64,000 nt of DNA, taken from contig JAFWDK010000010.1 in the NCBI GenBank assembly GCA_017513085.1, positions 1 through 64,000 on the forward strand, written 5' to 3'. The translations under genes and the position numbers were made by a program. Shown piece after piece: positions 30,955-41,679 of the stretch (positions within the stretch are counted from its first letter, which is position 1; each line of letters opens with the position of its first letter). Source of the DNA: Clostridiales bacterium. Lineage in GTDB: Bacteria; Bacillota; Clostridia; Saccharofermentanales; Saccharofermentanaceae. The notes below the pieces were generated by a model. It was given only the letters and a program-made list of their open reading frames with translations, was not told the origin of the DNA and ran no database searches.

Positions 30955-30997
30955 GAGGCGTAGGATTGAAAACAAAAGGTAACAGGAGGAAAAGATT

Positions 30998-31225
30998 ATG
31001 CCACATGTAGAAATCAAGTGTTATCCAGGACGTAGTGAAGAAGTGAAGAAGAAATGCGCCGAGAAAGTCGCAGCAGAAGTTGCAGAGCTTCTCGGATGCA
31101 ATATCTCATCAGTATCGGTAGCTATCAAGGAAGTTGAAAAGGAAAACTGGAAGGAACAGGTATACGACGGACAGATCTTTGCTGATGAAAAAGCTCTGTA
31201 TGTTAAACCGGGATATACCTGCTGA
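30998..31225 (+). CDS. 4-oxalocrotonate tautomerase-family protein
   Basis: 75 aa, catalytic Pro after Met (MPHVEIKCYPGRSEEVK), SVAIKEV..W. Confidence 0.85.
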   Translation: MPHVEIKCYPGRSEEVKKKCAEKVAAEVAELLGCNISSVSVAIKEVEKENWKEQVYDGQIFADEKALYVKPGYTC

Positions 31226-31232
31226 GGGATGT

Positions 31233-31718
31233 ATGCTGATACGAAGCGCAAGACCGGAAGATCTGGAGGCAGTTTCTGCTTTGGAGGCTGAGTGTTTTCC
31301 AGCGCAGGAGGCGGCGACAAAAGAAAGTTTTGAAGAAAGGATCCGTTATTACGGTGATTGCTTTCTGCTTCTTTTTATCGACGGGCAGCTGATCTCGTTT
31401 GTGGATGGCATGGTGACTAAACATAGGGACCTTGAAGATGAGATGTATGACCATGCGGATATGCACGATCCGCATGGAGACTGGCAGATGATCTTCGGCG
31501 TGAACACAAAGCCGGAATTTCAGAAGAAAGGCTATGCTGCGATCCTGATCCGAAAGATGATCGAAAAGGCGAGAGAAGAAGGAAGAAAAGGTTTAGTCCT
31601 GACCTGTAAAGATGCACTTGTGCATTACTATGCAAAGTTCGGTTTTCAAAGCGAGGGCAGAAGCGAAAAGTCTTCCCATGGCGGTGTGGAGTGGAATCAG
31701 ATGCGCCTTTCTTTCTGA
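31233..31718 (+). CDS. GNAT-family N-acetyltransferase
   Basis: LEAECFP.QEAA, GVNTKPEFQKKGYA, LTCK and YYAKFGF motifs. Confidence 0.88.
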   Translation: MLIRSARPEDLEAVSALEAECFPAQEAATKESFEERIRYYGDCFLLLFIDGQLISFVDGMVTKHRDLEDEMYDHADMHDPHGDWQMIFGVNTKPEFQKKGYAAILIRKMIEKAREEGRKGLVLTCKDALVHYYAKFGFQSEGRSEKSSHGGVEWNQMRLSF

Positions 31719-31754
31719 TGCTTTTCAAGAAAAGGTGTCATGGAGAATAGGACC

Positions 31755-32672
31755 TCACTTGGATTGCTTTACCGGATGACAGATCCTCTTGAGCGCGAGT
31801 ATGTACTCTTCCGTTAATGTGGAAGGGTGGATCTGAGTGGGCAGAATATAGCCGATCTGCATGTAGTCTTCGACTTTTAATGGTTTAGCGATGATGTTCG
31901 GACCATTAAGTTCTTCGCTGATGACACCGCTACAGATCGTATATCCATTCAGACCGATAAGCAGATTAAAGAGCGTGGCACGGTCGCGGACGATCAGTTC
32001 TTTGTCACAGTCAACGGTGCTCAGGATCTCTTCGGAAAAGTAAAAAGAGTTATGGCTTCCCTGTTCGTAGGACAGGCGAGGGTAGGGCTTGAGATCGGCT
32101 AGACTCAGGCTCTTCTTTTTTGCAAGCGGGGAACCTTTGCCGATAAAAACATGTGGTTTCGCCGTGAATAAAGGTTCAAAGATAAGGTTGTTATCTCGAA
32201 GAGTCTTGCGGATGATCGTCTCATTAAACTCATTCAAATAAAGGATACCGATCTCGCTTCGAAGACGGGCAACATCTTCGATAATGTCATATGTCTCGGT
32301 TTCGCGCATATGGAATTCGTATTTTTCTCCACCATACTTTTTCAGTAATTCTACAAATGCTTCCACGACAAAAGAGTAGTGCTGGGAAGATACACAGAAT
32401 CGGACTTTTCCTTGCGTTTTTCCTGTATAGCGCTCGTTAAAAAGATCGGCCTGGTCGAGGATCTGCCGGGCATAACCCAGGAATTCCTCTCCCTCTTTGG
32501 TGACCTCGATACCTTTGTTGCTTCGGGAAAAGATGGTGATCGAGTATTCTTTTTCCAATTCCAGGATAGCGGAAGTAAGGCTCGGTTGAGCGATGAAGAG
32601 TCGCTTGGCGGCTTCGGTCATATTTCCTGTATCGGCTACGGTCACGGCGTAGCGGAGCTGTTTGAGTGTCAT
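31755..32672 (-). CDS. LysR-family regulator (MetR/MtaR-like), divergent from metE
   Basis: MTLKQLRY...MTEAAKRLFIAQPSLT HTH; SSQHYSF and DRATLFNL motifs. Confidence 0.9.
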   Translation of the reverse strand: MTLKQLRYAVTVADTGNMTEAAKRLFIAQPSLTSAILELEKEYSITIFSRSNKGIEVTKEGEEFLGYARQILDQADLFNERYTGKTQGKVRFCVSSQHYSFVVEAFVELLKKYGGEKYEFHMRETETYDIIEDVARLRSEIGILYLNEFNETIIRKTLRDNNLIFEPLFTAKPHVFIGKGSPLAKKKSLSLADLKPYPRLSYEQGSHNSFYFSEEILSTVDCDKELIVRDRATLFNLLIGLNGYTICSGVISEELNGPNIIAKPLKVEDYMQIGYILPTQIHPSTLTEEYILALKRICHPVKQSK

Positions 32673-32731
32673 AACGTTATAATTTCTCCTTATTACGTGC
32701 AATAGGCGGCACCTATAATTATATCATTGGT

Positions 32732-32799
32732 TATAGAAAAAATCTATGGTAAAGACACTAAAAGATGTATTTTACCTATCACATACGTAGGTCTATACT
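32732..32799 (+). promoter_or_regulatory. MetR/MtaR-type box plus -10 of the metE promoter
   Basis: TATAG-AAAAAAT-CTATG (32732-32748); TATACT at 32794, 62-nt spacing. Confidence 0.7.
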
Positions 32800-32832
32800 T
32801 CGCTTAACAACAACGAAAGCGAGAGGAAAAAT

Positions 32833-35088
32833 ATGAAAACGTCAGTTATTGGTTTTTCGAGAATCGGAAGAAATAGAGAATTAAAGTTTGCATCTGAAAA
32901 GTTCTTTAAAGGTGAGATCCAGGAGACAGAACTTCAGGATGTGGCCCGTGAGATCCGTGAGTTAAATCTGACTACCCAGAAGCACGCAGGCATTGACCTG
33001 ATCGCAAGTAACGATTTTTCTTTTTACGATAATGTTTTGGATACAGCATTTCTTTTCAATATTATCCCGCAAAGATACAAAGATCTGGGCCTTTCGGAAC
33101 TCCAGACGTATTTTGCCGCCGCACGCGGTTACCAGGGCGAAAAGGGTAATGTAAAAGCACTGGCCATGAAGAAGTGGTTTAACACAAATTATCACTATAT
33201 CGTTCCGGAGTTTGAAGATGATACCAAGATTCAGCTTGTCGGAAACAAGCCGGTTGACGAATATGTTGAAGCACGTAATCTGGGTGTAGAAACAAAAGTG
33301 CAGATCGTAGGTCCTTTTACTTTCCTGAAGCTTACCAAGTTTGTGGGAAACAAGAAAGCAGAGGATATCGCGGAAACTCTGACGGCAGAGTATGGAGCAC
33401 TTTTTTCTAAACTCTCTTCGGCCGGCGCCTCGTGGATCCAGATCGATGAACCGTACCTTGTACGCGATCTGGATGAGCAGGACAAAGTGCTTTTCAAGAA
33501 GATCTACGGGCAGCTTCTTTCCGACAAGAAGGGACTTAAGGTTTTGCTTCAGACGTATTTCGGTGATGTGCGCGATGTTTATGAGGAGATCACTTCTTTG
33601 GATGTGGATGCCATCGGACTTGATTTTCTCGAGGGTATCAAGACATTGTCTCTTCTGAAGGAGAAGGGTTTCCCGAAGGAAAAGATCCTTGTGGCAGGTG
33701 TCGTGAACGGAAAGAATATCTGGAAGAACAGCTACGAGAAAACAAACGGGATCTTGAACGAGATCAAGACTTCGGTTAATGAGGACAACCTTTATATCGG
33801 AACTTCCTGCTCACTTTTGCATGTTCCGTATACTCTCGAAAGTGAGACAAAACTTCCGGCGGAGTACAAGAAACACTTTGCTTTTGCGGAAGAAAAACTG
33901 GTTGAACTTCATGAACTTTCCGGCCTCTCAAAGGAAACTCTTGCAGCAAATCAGGCACTCTTTGAAACGCGCGTGGATAGTGTGGATGAAGATGTGCGCC
34001 AGAGAGTCGCGGCTATAAAGGAATCTGATTACACAAGACTTCCGGTATTCGAAGAGAGAGAAGCGATTCAGAAAAAAGCACTGGGGCTTCCGATTTTCCC
34101 GACAACGACGATCGGTTCTTTTCCGCAGACCGCGGATGTCCGTAAAAACAGAAGTGATTTCAGAAAAGGTGAGATCAGTAAGACAGAGTATGTGGAGTTT
34201 AACCGAAAGAAGATCGAAGAGTGCATCCGTCTTCAGGAAGAACTCGGATTGGACGTTCTTGTTCATGGCGAATTTGAAAGAAACGACATGGTCGAGTATT
34301 TCGGCGAACATCTGTCCGGCTATGTATTTACCGAAAAAGCGTGGGTGCTTTCCTATGGAACCAGATGCGTGAAGCCGCCGATCATCTGGGGCGATGTTTC
34401 CAGAAAAGAGTCTATCACGGTCGAATGGTCACGATTTGCCAAGAGCTGCACAGATAAGCCGGTTAAGGGCATGCTGACCGGTCCGGTGACGATCCTGAAC
34501 TGGTCCTTCCCGAGAGAAGATATTACGATCAAGGAGAGTGTGCTGCAAATTGCATTGGCCATCCGGGATGAGGTTCTGGATCTGGAGGCGAATGGTATCA
34601 ACATCATCCAGATCGATGAGGCTGCGCTTCGTGAGAAACTTCCGCTTCGTAAATCGGACTGGTACAGTGAATACCTTGATTTTGCCATTCCTGCATTCCG
34701 GCTTGTGCATAGCGGCGTGAAAGCGGAAACCCAGATCCACACGCATATGTGCTATAGCGAATTTACGGATATTATTCCGGCAATCGATTCTATGGATGCT
34801 GACGTGATCACTTTCGAAGCTTCCCGTTCCGATCTGCAGATCCTCGATGCACTGAAAGAGAATCACTTTAAGACAGAAGTCGGACCTGGCGTATACGATA
34901 TTCACAGCCCGCGTGTTCCGTCAGTAGAAGAACTGGTCGGTCAGCTTACCAAGATCCGTGAAAAGACTGAGGACAGCAAACTGTGGGTCAACCCGGACTG
35001 CGGTCTCAAGACACGTGGAGAAGAAGAAACGGTGAAGAGCCTTAGAAATCTTGTGGAAGCAGCTAAGATCATCAGAGAAAAAGCATAA
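32833..35088 (+). CDS. metE: Cobalamin-independent methionine synthase
   Basis: [39 protein letters not shown] and [11 protein letters not shown] motifs. Confidence 0.97.
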   Translation: MKTSVIGFSRIGRNRELKFASEKFFKGEIQETELQDVAREIRELNLTTQKHAGIDLIASNDFSFYDNVLDTAFLFNIIPQRYKDLGLSELQTYFAAARGYQGEKGNVKALAMKKWFNTNYHYIVPEFEDDTKIQLVGNKPVDEYVEARNLGVETKVQIVGPFTFLKLTKFVGNKKAEDIAETLTAEYGALFSKLSSAGASWIQIDEPYLVRDLDEQDKVLFKKIYGQLLSDKKGLKVLLQTYFGDVRDVYEEITSLDVDAIGLDFLEGIKTLSLLKEKGFPKEKILVAGVVNGKNIWKNSYEKTNGILNEIKTSVNEDNLYIGTSCSLLHVPYTLESETKLPAEYKKHFAFAEEKLVELHELSGLSKETLAANQALFETRVDSVDEDVRQRVAAIKESDYTRLPVFEEREAIQKKALGLPIFPTTTIGSFPQTADVRKNRSDFRKGEISKTEYVEFNRKKIEECIRLQEELGLDVLVHGEFERNDMVEYFGEHLSGYVFTEKAWVLSYGTRCVKPPIIWGDVSRKESITVEWSRFAKSCTDKPVKGMLTGPVTILNWSFPREDITIKESVLQIALAIRDEVLDLEANGINIIQIDEAALREKLPLRKSDWYSEYLDFAIPAFRLVHSGVKAETQIHTHMCYSEFTDIIPAIDSMDADVITFEASRSDLQILDALKENHFKTEVGPGVYDIHSPRVPSVEELVGQLTKIREKTEDSKLWVNPDCGLKTRGEEETVKSLRNLVEAAKIIREKA

Positions 35089-35100
35089 GAATCGGAAGAG

Positions 35101-35140
35101 CACGGTTGGGGATGGTCAAGTGATCGACCATTCCACCGTG
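35101..35140 (+). other. Stem-loop between metE and metF
   Basis: CACGGT..GGATGGTC-N8-GACCATTCC-ACCGTG imperfect inverted repeat. Confidence 0.5.
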
Positions 35141-35161
35141 TTTGGATCGGAGTGAGAAAAA

Positions 35162-36022
35162 GTGAAGATCAAAGATATTTACAAACAGAATAAGAAGAGC
35201 TTATCTTTCGAGATCTTTCCGCCGAAGAAGGATACGGAACTGGAAAGCATCGATGAGACTTTGGAAGTGCTCTGTGAACTTGATCCGGATTTTATCAGTG
35301 TAACTTTCGGCGCAGGCGGAAGCAGCAATAGTAACCGCACGATCGAGATTGCAAAGAACATTAAGAAACGATATGGTGTGGAACCGGTAGTACACTTGAC
35401 TTCACTTCATTACGACAAATCGGAGATCGATGAGTTTGCCAAAGTCATGGAAGCGGAGGGGATCGAAAATATCCTTGCTCTCCGCGGAGACCGTACGCCG
35501 AAGGTTGCTGAAAAAGATGACTTTCACCATGCATCAGATCTGATCTCCTATCTCTCCGAAAAACATGATTTCTGCTTTTTAGGCGCATGCTATCCGGAGT
35601 GTCATCCGGAATCGGATGGCAATGTGAATGACATCAAAGGATTAAAAAAGAAGGTTGATTCCGGTGCATCAGTACTTCTTTCCCAACTCTTCTTCGATAA
35701 TGAGAGATTTTACGATTTCTGCGAACGCTGTAAGATCGCAGGTATCGACGTGCCGATCATTCCGGGCATTATGCCGGTGATCAATGCCGCTCAGATCCGA
35801 CGCATGCTTTCCATCTGTAATGCTACTTTCCCGGAACGGTTTAAGCGCATCATCAAGAAATACGATGACAGAAAAGAAGCGCTCTTTGATGCAGGTTTGT
35901 CATATGCACTTAGTCAGATCATCGATCTTCTTACCAGCGATATCCCGGGTATCCATCTTTATACGATGAATAACCCGGTCGTGGCCAGACGTATCTGCGA
36001 AGGAATACGGAATATCGTCTGA
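35162..36022 (+). CDS. metF: 5,10-methylenetetrahydrofolate reductase
   Basis: SFEIFPPK, SVTFGAGG, LALRGD, YPECH, SQLFFD, PGIMP and HLYTMN motifs. Confidence 0.93.
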   Translation: MKIKDIYKQNKKSLSFEIFPPKKDTELESIDETLEVLCELDPDFISVTFGAGGSSNSNRTIEIAKNIKKRYGVEPVVHLTSLHYDKSEIDEFAKVMEAEGIENILALRGDRTPKVAEKDDFHHASDLISYLSEKHDFCFLGACYPECHPESDGNVNDIKGLKKKVDSGASVLLSQLFFDNERFYDFCERCKIAGIDVPIIPGIMPVINAAQIRRMLSICNATFPERFKRIIKKYDDRKEALFDAGLSYALSQIIDLLTSDIPGIHLYTMNNPVVARRICEGIRNIV

Positions 36023-36031
36023 ATCTTGCGC

Positions 36032-37879
36032 TTACATATCTTCCATCTGCGAAACATAAAGGTGATAGTAATCGCCTTTTTTCGCTATCAACTCATCGTG
36101 CGTGCCACTCTCGGTGATTCCGCCGTGATCGATATACATGATCCTGTCGCAATTCCTGATCGTAGAGAGGCGATGGGCGATAATGAATGAAGTCCTACCC
36201 TTCAGCATGGCATCCAAGCCCTTCTGAAGGGCTTTTTCTGTCTGCACATCAATACTTGAAGTTGCCTCGTCCAGTACGAGAAGAGCCGGATCGGAAAGAA
36301 GTGTTCTGGCAAAAGAAATCAACTGCTTCTGTCCCTGGGAAAGTGTAGAGCCACGCTCTTTGACTTCAGTCTGATATCCGTTAGGCATTTTAGCGATGAA
36401 TGCATCGGCACAGACGGCTTGGCTGGCGGAGCGGATCTCTTCCTTGGTTGCGGAAAGTTTTCCGTAGCGGATGTTGTCTTCGACCGTTCCGGAGAAGATG
36501 AAACTGTCTTGGAGCATGATGCCCATCTGAGAGCGCAACGACTTAAGCGTGACATCGGAGATGTCCTGTCCATCGATAAGGATCTTTCCGGAATCCAGAT
36601 TATAGAAGCGGGAGATCAGACTGACGATAGTGCTTTTGCCGGCACCGGTCGGACCTACGAGAGCGATGCTCTGTCCGGGTGTAACTTTGAATGAAACATC
36701 GTGCAAGACTTCTTCGCCTTTTTCATAAGAGAAGCAAACATTCTGAAACTCCACTTCGCCCTTGATCTGAGGCATCTCTACAGCATTATCTTTGTTCTTG
36801 ACTTCGACCGGTTCGTCGATGGTCTCGAAGATGCGCTCCAGATAGGCCATATTGTTGATGAAGTTGTTGAAGATGTTTCCGAGATTCATGATCGGCTGCC
36901 AGAATCTGGCCGCATAACTGGAGATTGCGACAATAGAACCGAGCGTTTCCTGTCCGTTCTCAAAAAGGATCAGACCGACTACGAAGATCGATGCGCGTAC
37001 CAGGACAGAAATACTGTCGATGCCCGGCCAGACAAGGTTCGTGTAACGGACGGCGCCCATCCAGGTGCTGCGGCAATCGTTGGAGAGATGTTCAAATATA
37101 TCGGCGTTCTCATCCTCGCGGGAGAAGATCTGGGTGATCTTGGCGCCAACGATGTTCTCCTGAAGATATGCATTAAGATTGGAGTTCTTGTTGGAGACCA
37201 TACGCCATGCTTTTCTTTGCCTGTTCTTGATCCAGAACAGGAAGAAAGCGAGGATCGGAACTCCGGTCATAACTACCAGCGAAAGCTTAACATCCGTAGT
37301 AAACATAAAGATCACTATGAAGATCAGATTGATGATCTCTAAGATCGCATTGATCAGACCGTTCGAAAGCATATCACAAACTGAGTTGACATAGTTTACG
37401 ACACGGATCAGGATCTTACCATGTGGACGGTCGTCATAGTATCGGAAAGGCAGTTCCTGCAGATGCGCGAAAAGATCTTTCCGGATGTCGTATACGATAT
37501 CCTGCGATGTGCGCTCCATAATGTGGGAACGTATTGTATAGAAGATGATGCTGATACCGTAGGCAATGATCAGAAGAAGGATCAGACGCTGGAGCATCGG
37601 CTTGTCTTTATTCGGAATGACCACATCCAGTGCTTCCTTCGTGATCTTCGGCGCAAAAAGCGCTGCGATCGCGCCGAGTGCGCTTAGAATCAGTGCGATG
37701 ATCATCTTTAACGAATATTTCTTGATGTATTTCCAGGCGCGCAGAAGGTGTCTGAAACTGAATGGCTCTTCCAGCGTCTCGTCTACACGGTATGTGTTAC
37801 GCTTAGGCTGCTTCGGATCCTGTGCGGGTTCTCTTTCCGGAACTTGTTTCGGATCAGGATTGTTTCTTTGTTTAGCCAT
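36032..37879 (-). CDS. ABC multidrug-type exporter, fused permease/ATPase (heterodimer subunit B)
   Basis: TM domain plus GPTGAGKST, LSQGQKQL, LDEATS and IAHRLST. Confidence 0.92.
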   Translation of the reverse strand: MAKQRNNPDPKQVPEREPAQDPKQPKRNTYRVDETLEEPFSFRHLLRAWKYIKKYSLKMIIALILSALGAIAALFAPKITKEALDVVIPNKDKPMLQRLILLLIIAYGISIIFYTIRSHIMERTSQDIVYDIRKDLFAHLQELPFRYYDDRPHGKILIRVVNYVNSVCDMLSNGLINAILEIINLIFIVIFMFTTDVKLSLVVMTGVPILAFFLFWIKNRQRKAWRMVSNKNSNLNAYLQENIVGAKITQIFSREDENADIFEHLSNDCRSTWMGAVRYTNLVWPGIDSISVLVRASIFVVGLILFENGQETLGSIVAISSYAARFWQPIMNLGNIFNNFINNMAYLERIFETIDEPVEVKNKDNAVEMPQIKGEVEFQNVCFSYEKGEEVLHDVSFKVTPGQSIALVGPTGAGKSTIVSLISRFYNLDSGKILIDGQDISDVTLKSLRSQMGIMLQDSFIFSGTVEDNIRYGKLSATKEEIRSASQAVCADAFIAKMPNGYQTEVKERGSTLSQGQKQLISFARTLLSDPALLVLDEATSSIDVQTEKALQKGLDAMLKGRTSFIIAHRLSTIRNCDRIMYIDHGGITESGTHDELIAKKGDYYHLYVSQMEDM

Positions 37880-37880
37880 G

Positions 37881-39689
37881 TCAGATCACCTCCTTTTCTG
37901 AAGTGTGGTGCAGGGGATCGGTGCCGGTCTGCAGTTTTACCAGTTCGGCATAATAGCCGTTCTTGGCGAGTAGTTCATCATGAGTGCCGGATTCTGAGAT
38001 CTTCCCATTCTGCAGGATCAGTATTTTGTCTGCCTTTTTGGTCGTGGAAATACGCTGCGCAATGATGATCTTTGTGCAGGGGAAATCCAACTCGGAAAGA
38101 CTTTTCTGAATCTGCTTTTCGGTTTCCATATCGACGGCGGATGTTGTGTCATCCAGGATCAGGATCGAAGGACGGACAGCCAGAGCACGTGCCAAGGAGA
38201 TGCGCTGCTTCTGACCGCCGGATAGTCCGACGCCGCACTCGCCGACGATCGTCTCATAGCCTTCCGGCATTTTAGAGATGAATTCATCTGCTGCAGAATA
38301 GCGGGCAAATTTGATCACGTTTTCTTTTGTGATGTTAGAGTTACCGTATGCGATGTTGCCATCGATCGTATCAGAGTAGAGAAGTACATCCTGGGTGGCC
38401 ATTCCGATGCTTGTCCGCAATTGCTTGAGTTTAAGTTTGCTGACATCCAGGTCATCGATCAGGACCTGTCCCTTTGTCGGTTCATAAAACCTCGGGATAA
38501 GCTGGATCAAAGAAGTTTTTCCGCAGCCTGTCTCGCCCATGATCGCGATCGTCTCACCGGGGTTAGCGGTAAAACTGATGTCGGTAAGAACCGGAAGATC
38601 AGCATCCTCATACTGAAAACTAACGTTTTTGAATTCCACTTTACCTTTGAATCGATCCGGATGATCGAGCGCATCCTCGGCATCCACGATCTTCGGTTCG
38701 CTATAGTAGATCTCCATTACTTTATCTGCAGCAGCGGAGAAACGCTGGAATTCGTTGAGAATATTGCCGAGAAGTCTCATCGGGTTGGCGATTGCCCACA
38801 TCAATCCGGAGAAGGCGACAAATTCACCCATGGTCATCTCGTCTTTCATGAGAAGCGTACCGCCGACCCAGAGAAGAACGACCGGGAGAAGGTTGGCACA
38901 TGTTTCCACAAAGGGGAAGAACTTGATCCAAACCAAGCGGGTCTTCTTGTTTGTTTCGGCGTAGTCTTTGTTGCTCTCGTCAAATTTGCTGATCTCATAG
39001 TCTTCCCGTGAGAATGCTTTCACGACACGGTTGCCGGAGATGTTTTCCTGCGCTGCAGTATTCATCTGCGCGTGCTTTTCGCGAAGAAGCGCATGCATCG
39101 GAGCAACTTTCTTGCGGAACGTGAAAACGATCAGAAAAATGACAGGTGCCAGTGCGACGATACAGATCGCGAGTTTCCAGTTCATGTAGAAAAAATAGAT
39201 CGAGACAACGGTGAAGAGGGCGAAACACTCGATGATCATGCGGACGACCCAGGCTACGTTATGCCGGACAGCATCGAGGTCGCCGGTGAGACGGGTCATG
39301 AGGTCGCCGGTCCGGTACTCATTGTAGAAGTGCATGTCCTGATGTTCGATCTTGGCAAACAGAAAATTACGAATTCTGTAGAGTGCTCGCTGTGAGACGT
39401 GCTCATAGGCCATGCAATCGAGATAAACGATCAGGGCGCGAAGCATAGTAAAGCCCACCATGCAGCCGATCAGTGTGTAAAATTCCTTCTTGTTGGATTG
39501 AAAATGCGCCGCCGCGTCTTCTCCGGAAAGAAAGCGGTCTACGATCATTTGTGAAAAGAAGGGGACGGATAGCTGCAGGATGTTGTAAAGCAGGGTTCCG
39601 ATCATGGCAAGGATAAAGACTCCCCGAAGACCGGCAATGTTGTCCCAGATCCAGTGAAGTTTGGTCCGTGGAAAGTTCTTTTTCGACAT
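37881..39689 (-). CDS. ABC multidrug-type exporter, fused permease/ATPase (heterodimer subunit A)
   Basis: TM domain plus GETGCGKTS, LSGGQKQR and degenerate LDD/AQR motifs typical of heterodimeric exporters. Confidence 0.92.
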   Translation of the reverse strand: MSKKNFPRTKLHWIWDNIAGLRGVFILAMIGTLLYNILQLSVPFFSQMIVDRFLSGEDAAAHFQSNKKEFYTLIGCMVGFTMLRALIVYLDCMAYEHVSQRALYRIRNFLFAKIEHQDMHFYNEYRTGDLMTRLTGDLDAVRHNVAWVVRMIIECFALFTVVSIYFFYMNWKLAICIVALAPVIFLIVFTFRKKVAPMHALLREKHAQMNTAAQENISGNRVVKAFSREDYEISKFDESNKDYAETNKKTRLVWIKFFPFVETCANLLPVVLLWVGGTLLMKDEMTMGEFVAFSGLMWAIANPMRLLGNILNEFQRFSAAADKVMEIYYSEPKIVDAEDALDHPDRFKGKVEFKNVSFQYEDADLPVLTDISFTANPGETIAIMGETGCGKTSLIQLIPRFYEPTKGQVLIDDLDVSKLKLKQLRTSIGMATQDVLLYSDTIDGNIAYGNSNITKENVIKFARYSAADEFISKMPEGYETIVGECGVGLSGGQKQRISLARALAVRPSILILDDTTSAVDMETEKQIQKSLSELDFPCTKIIIAQRISTTKKADKILILQNGKISESGTHDELLAKNGYYAELVKLQTGTDPLHHTSEKEVI

Positions 39690-39922
39690 GGATATCTGCC
39701 TCTCTTTCGTTAAAGTGTTTGAACATTATAGCACTTTGGATGCGGAAGAAAATACTACCGTTAGTATATTTATATCAATTTGCAAACTGTGTTTATTCTT
39801 TGGAAAAATGATCAAAAACGAAATAGAATAAATCGGACATTGGAAACACTTCAGCTATTTATAAAATTGCTCGATTATTATACAATAGTAAGTGTCAAAT
39901 CAGGGGCAGGGGAAAGCATCAT

Positions 39923-41665
39923 ATGATTCTTGTGGATAAGTTCAAGAGTTTTACTACGAAGACGAAGATCATCCTTTTATGCGGGATCTTGGCTCTTATT
40001 GCGGCTGCGGTCGCGATCTATTTCATTTTCTTCAGCGGCGGATACTATGCAACTACGATGAGGCTTCTGCGTGTTGAGGGAACTGTCAGTATTGAAGACT
40101 CCAAAGGTAAATCCAAACCGGTGATCGATAATATTCTTTTTCATACAGGTGACGCGCTGAATACCGGAGCTGATGGTTTGGCGTCTGTCGGTCTGGACGA
40201 CACGAAGGTCGTAACGCTGGAGTCCAACAGCCGGGCGGAGTTTGTAAAAAGAAGAAAACAGCTTGAATTGAAACTTACAAAGGGTGCGCTGTTCTTCGAA
40301 GTCACAGAGCATCTGAAAGATGATGAGAAGTTTGAGATCAAGACTTCAACCATGACCGCGGGTATCCGCGGAACATCCGGTTACATTTTCTATGATGTGG
40401 ACGGAAGGGAATCCCTGGTCGTTACGGATGGGTTGGTGCATGTAGTCGCGGTCAATCCGCAGACAGGTGAAGTAAAAGAGACTGATGTTCCTGCAGGTCA
40501 GAAAGTGAAAGTCTATCTATATTCCGAAGACAGACCGGAGGGAAGTATCGAATTCTTCCTGGATCAGTTGCAGGAAGATGAGATTCCTGTATTTTCATTG
40601 AAGATGCTTGCGGAAAATCCGAAACTTCTTGCCAAAGTTTGTGAATATACAGGTTGGGATCCTCAGGTGATCCTTGATCTGGCATCGGGTAAAATCAAAC
40701 CTGAACAAGAGCCTGATACAGAAGTAACACCGACGCCGTCTCCGGCTCTGACAGATACGCCGACTCCAAAGCTGACGGCAACTCCGTCACCGACACCGGA
40801 TACGACTGTTACTCCGACACCGCCTGCCCAGACGACGATCACGCCGACCAGGGGTGCGGCACCTACTGATACTCCGGTACCTTCTCCGACTCCGACAGAT
40901 GTACCGACGCAGTCGCCGACACCTTCTCCTGAGGTGACGTTAACACCGACTGTTGCACCTACGTTGACTCCGACACCGGTCCCTGTACCGCCGACTCCTT
41001 CACCGGAACCGACGCTCAGTCCGACACCGGCTCCTGTTCCGACACCGACGCCTGAACCGGATCCGACTTTGACGCCGACTCCTGTACCGACGATCACACC
41101 TACTCCGGTTCTGACGCCGACTCCGACTCCAACGACGGAGCCGACACCGACGTTGACACCAACACCTGAACCGACAGCGACACCAACACCGACTCCGGCC
41201 CCGACGCTTACCTCGACTCCTACTCCGAAGCCGACGTTGACTCCGACGCCAACGTCCACGCCGACACCAACGTCCACGCCGACGCCAACGTCTACACCGA
41301 CGCCAACGTCCACTCCGACACCAACGTCTACACCGACACCAACGTCTACACCGACACCTACGTCTACACCGACGCCAACATCCACACCGACGCCAACGCC
41401 GGAATTGTCGCCGACCCCGACGCCGGAACCGATTCCAGACATTGAGAATCTGCCGGAAGGCTATGGCGAAACGATCGAGTGGGATGAAGAGAACCTTGTC
41501 TTTATCCTTTGGGGATTGAATGATGAAGAGGAAGAAACGTTTATCGGATATGTGGATGGTGAGTGGATCGAACTGACGTATACAGAGGAGGAAGTCGGCA
41601 GTGATATTGTTGAGACCTTCTCTTATGTGAAGAACGGGGAGACGATCATATATTATAAGAGATGA
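39923..41665 (+). CDS. Membrane-anchored FecR-domain protein with a long Pro/Thr stalk
   Basis: N-terminal TM; [10 protein letters not shown]...[15 protein letters not shown] FecR-like motif; about 235-aa P/T region; acidic C-terminal domain. Confidence 0.8.
   Translation: MILVDKFKSFTTKTKIILLCGILALIAAAVAIYFIFFSGGYYATTMRLLRVEGTVSIEDSKGKSKPVIDNILFHTGDALNTGADGLASVGLDDTKVVTLESNSRAEFVKRRKQLELKLTKGALFFEVTEHLKDDEKFEIKTSTMTAGIRGTSGYIFYDVDGRESLVVTDGLVHVVAVNPQTGEVKETDVPAGQKVKVYLYSEDRPEGSIEFFLDQLQEDEIPVFSLKMLAENPKLLAKVCEYTGWDPQVILDLASGKIKPEQEPDTEVTPTPSPALTDTPTPKLTATPSPTPDTTVTPTPPAQTTITPTRGAAPTDTPVPSPTPTDVPTQSPTPSPEVTLTPTVAPTLTPTPVPVPPTPSPEPTLSPTPAPVPTPTPEPDPTLTPTPVPTITPTPVLTPTPTPTTEPTPTLTPTPEPTATPTPTPAPTLTSTPTPKPTLTPTPTSTPTPTSTPTPTSTPTPTSTPTPTSTPTPTSTPTPTSTPTPTSTPTPTPELSPTPTPEPIPDIENLPEGYGETIEWDEENLVFILWGLNDEEEETFIGYVDGEWIELTYTEEEVGSDIVETFSYVKNGETIIYYKR
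41243..41386 (+). repeat. Eight tandem 18-bp units CCGACRCCWACRTCYACD encoding PTPTST
   Basis: Units counted directly; they differ only at synonymous positions. Confidence 0.9.
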
Positions 41666-41679
41666 TCTGGTAAAAACGC

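Noticed and set aside
32700-32832. SAM or T-box riboswitch upstream of metE (also checked before cysK and the gene at 8760)
   Set aside because: The predicted leaders are too short or lack recognisable conserved motifs; an Rfam scan would confirm
41243-41386. Possible CRISPR array
   Set aside because: Contiguous 18-bp in-frame coding repeats with no spacers and no cas genes
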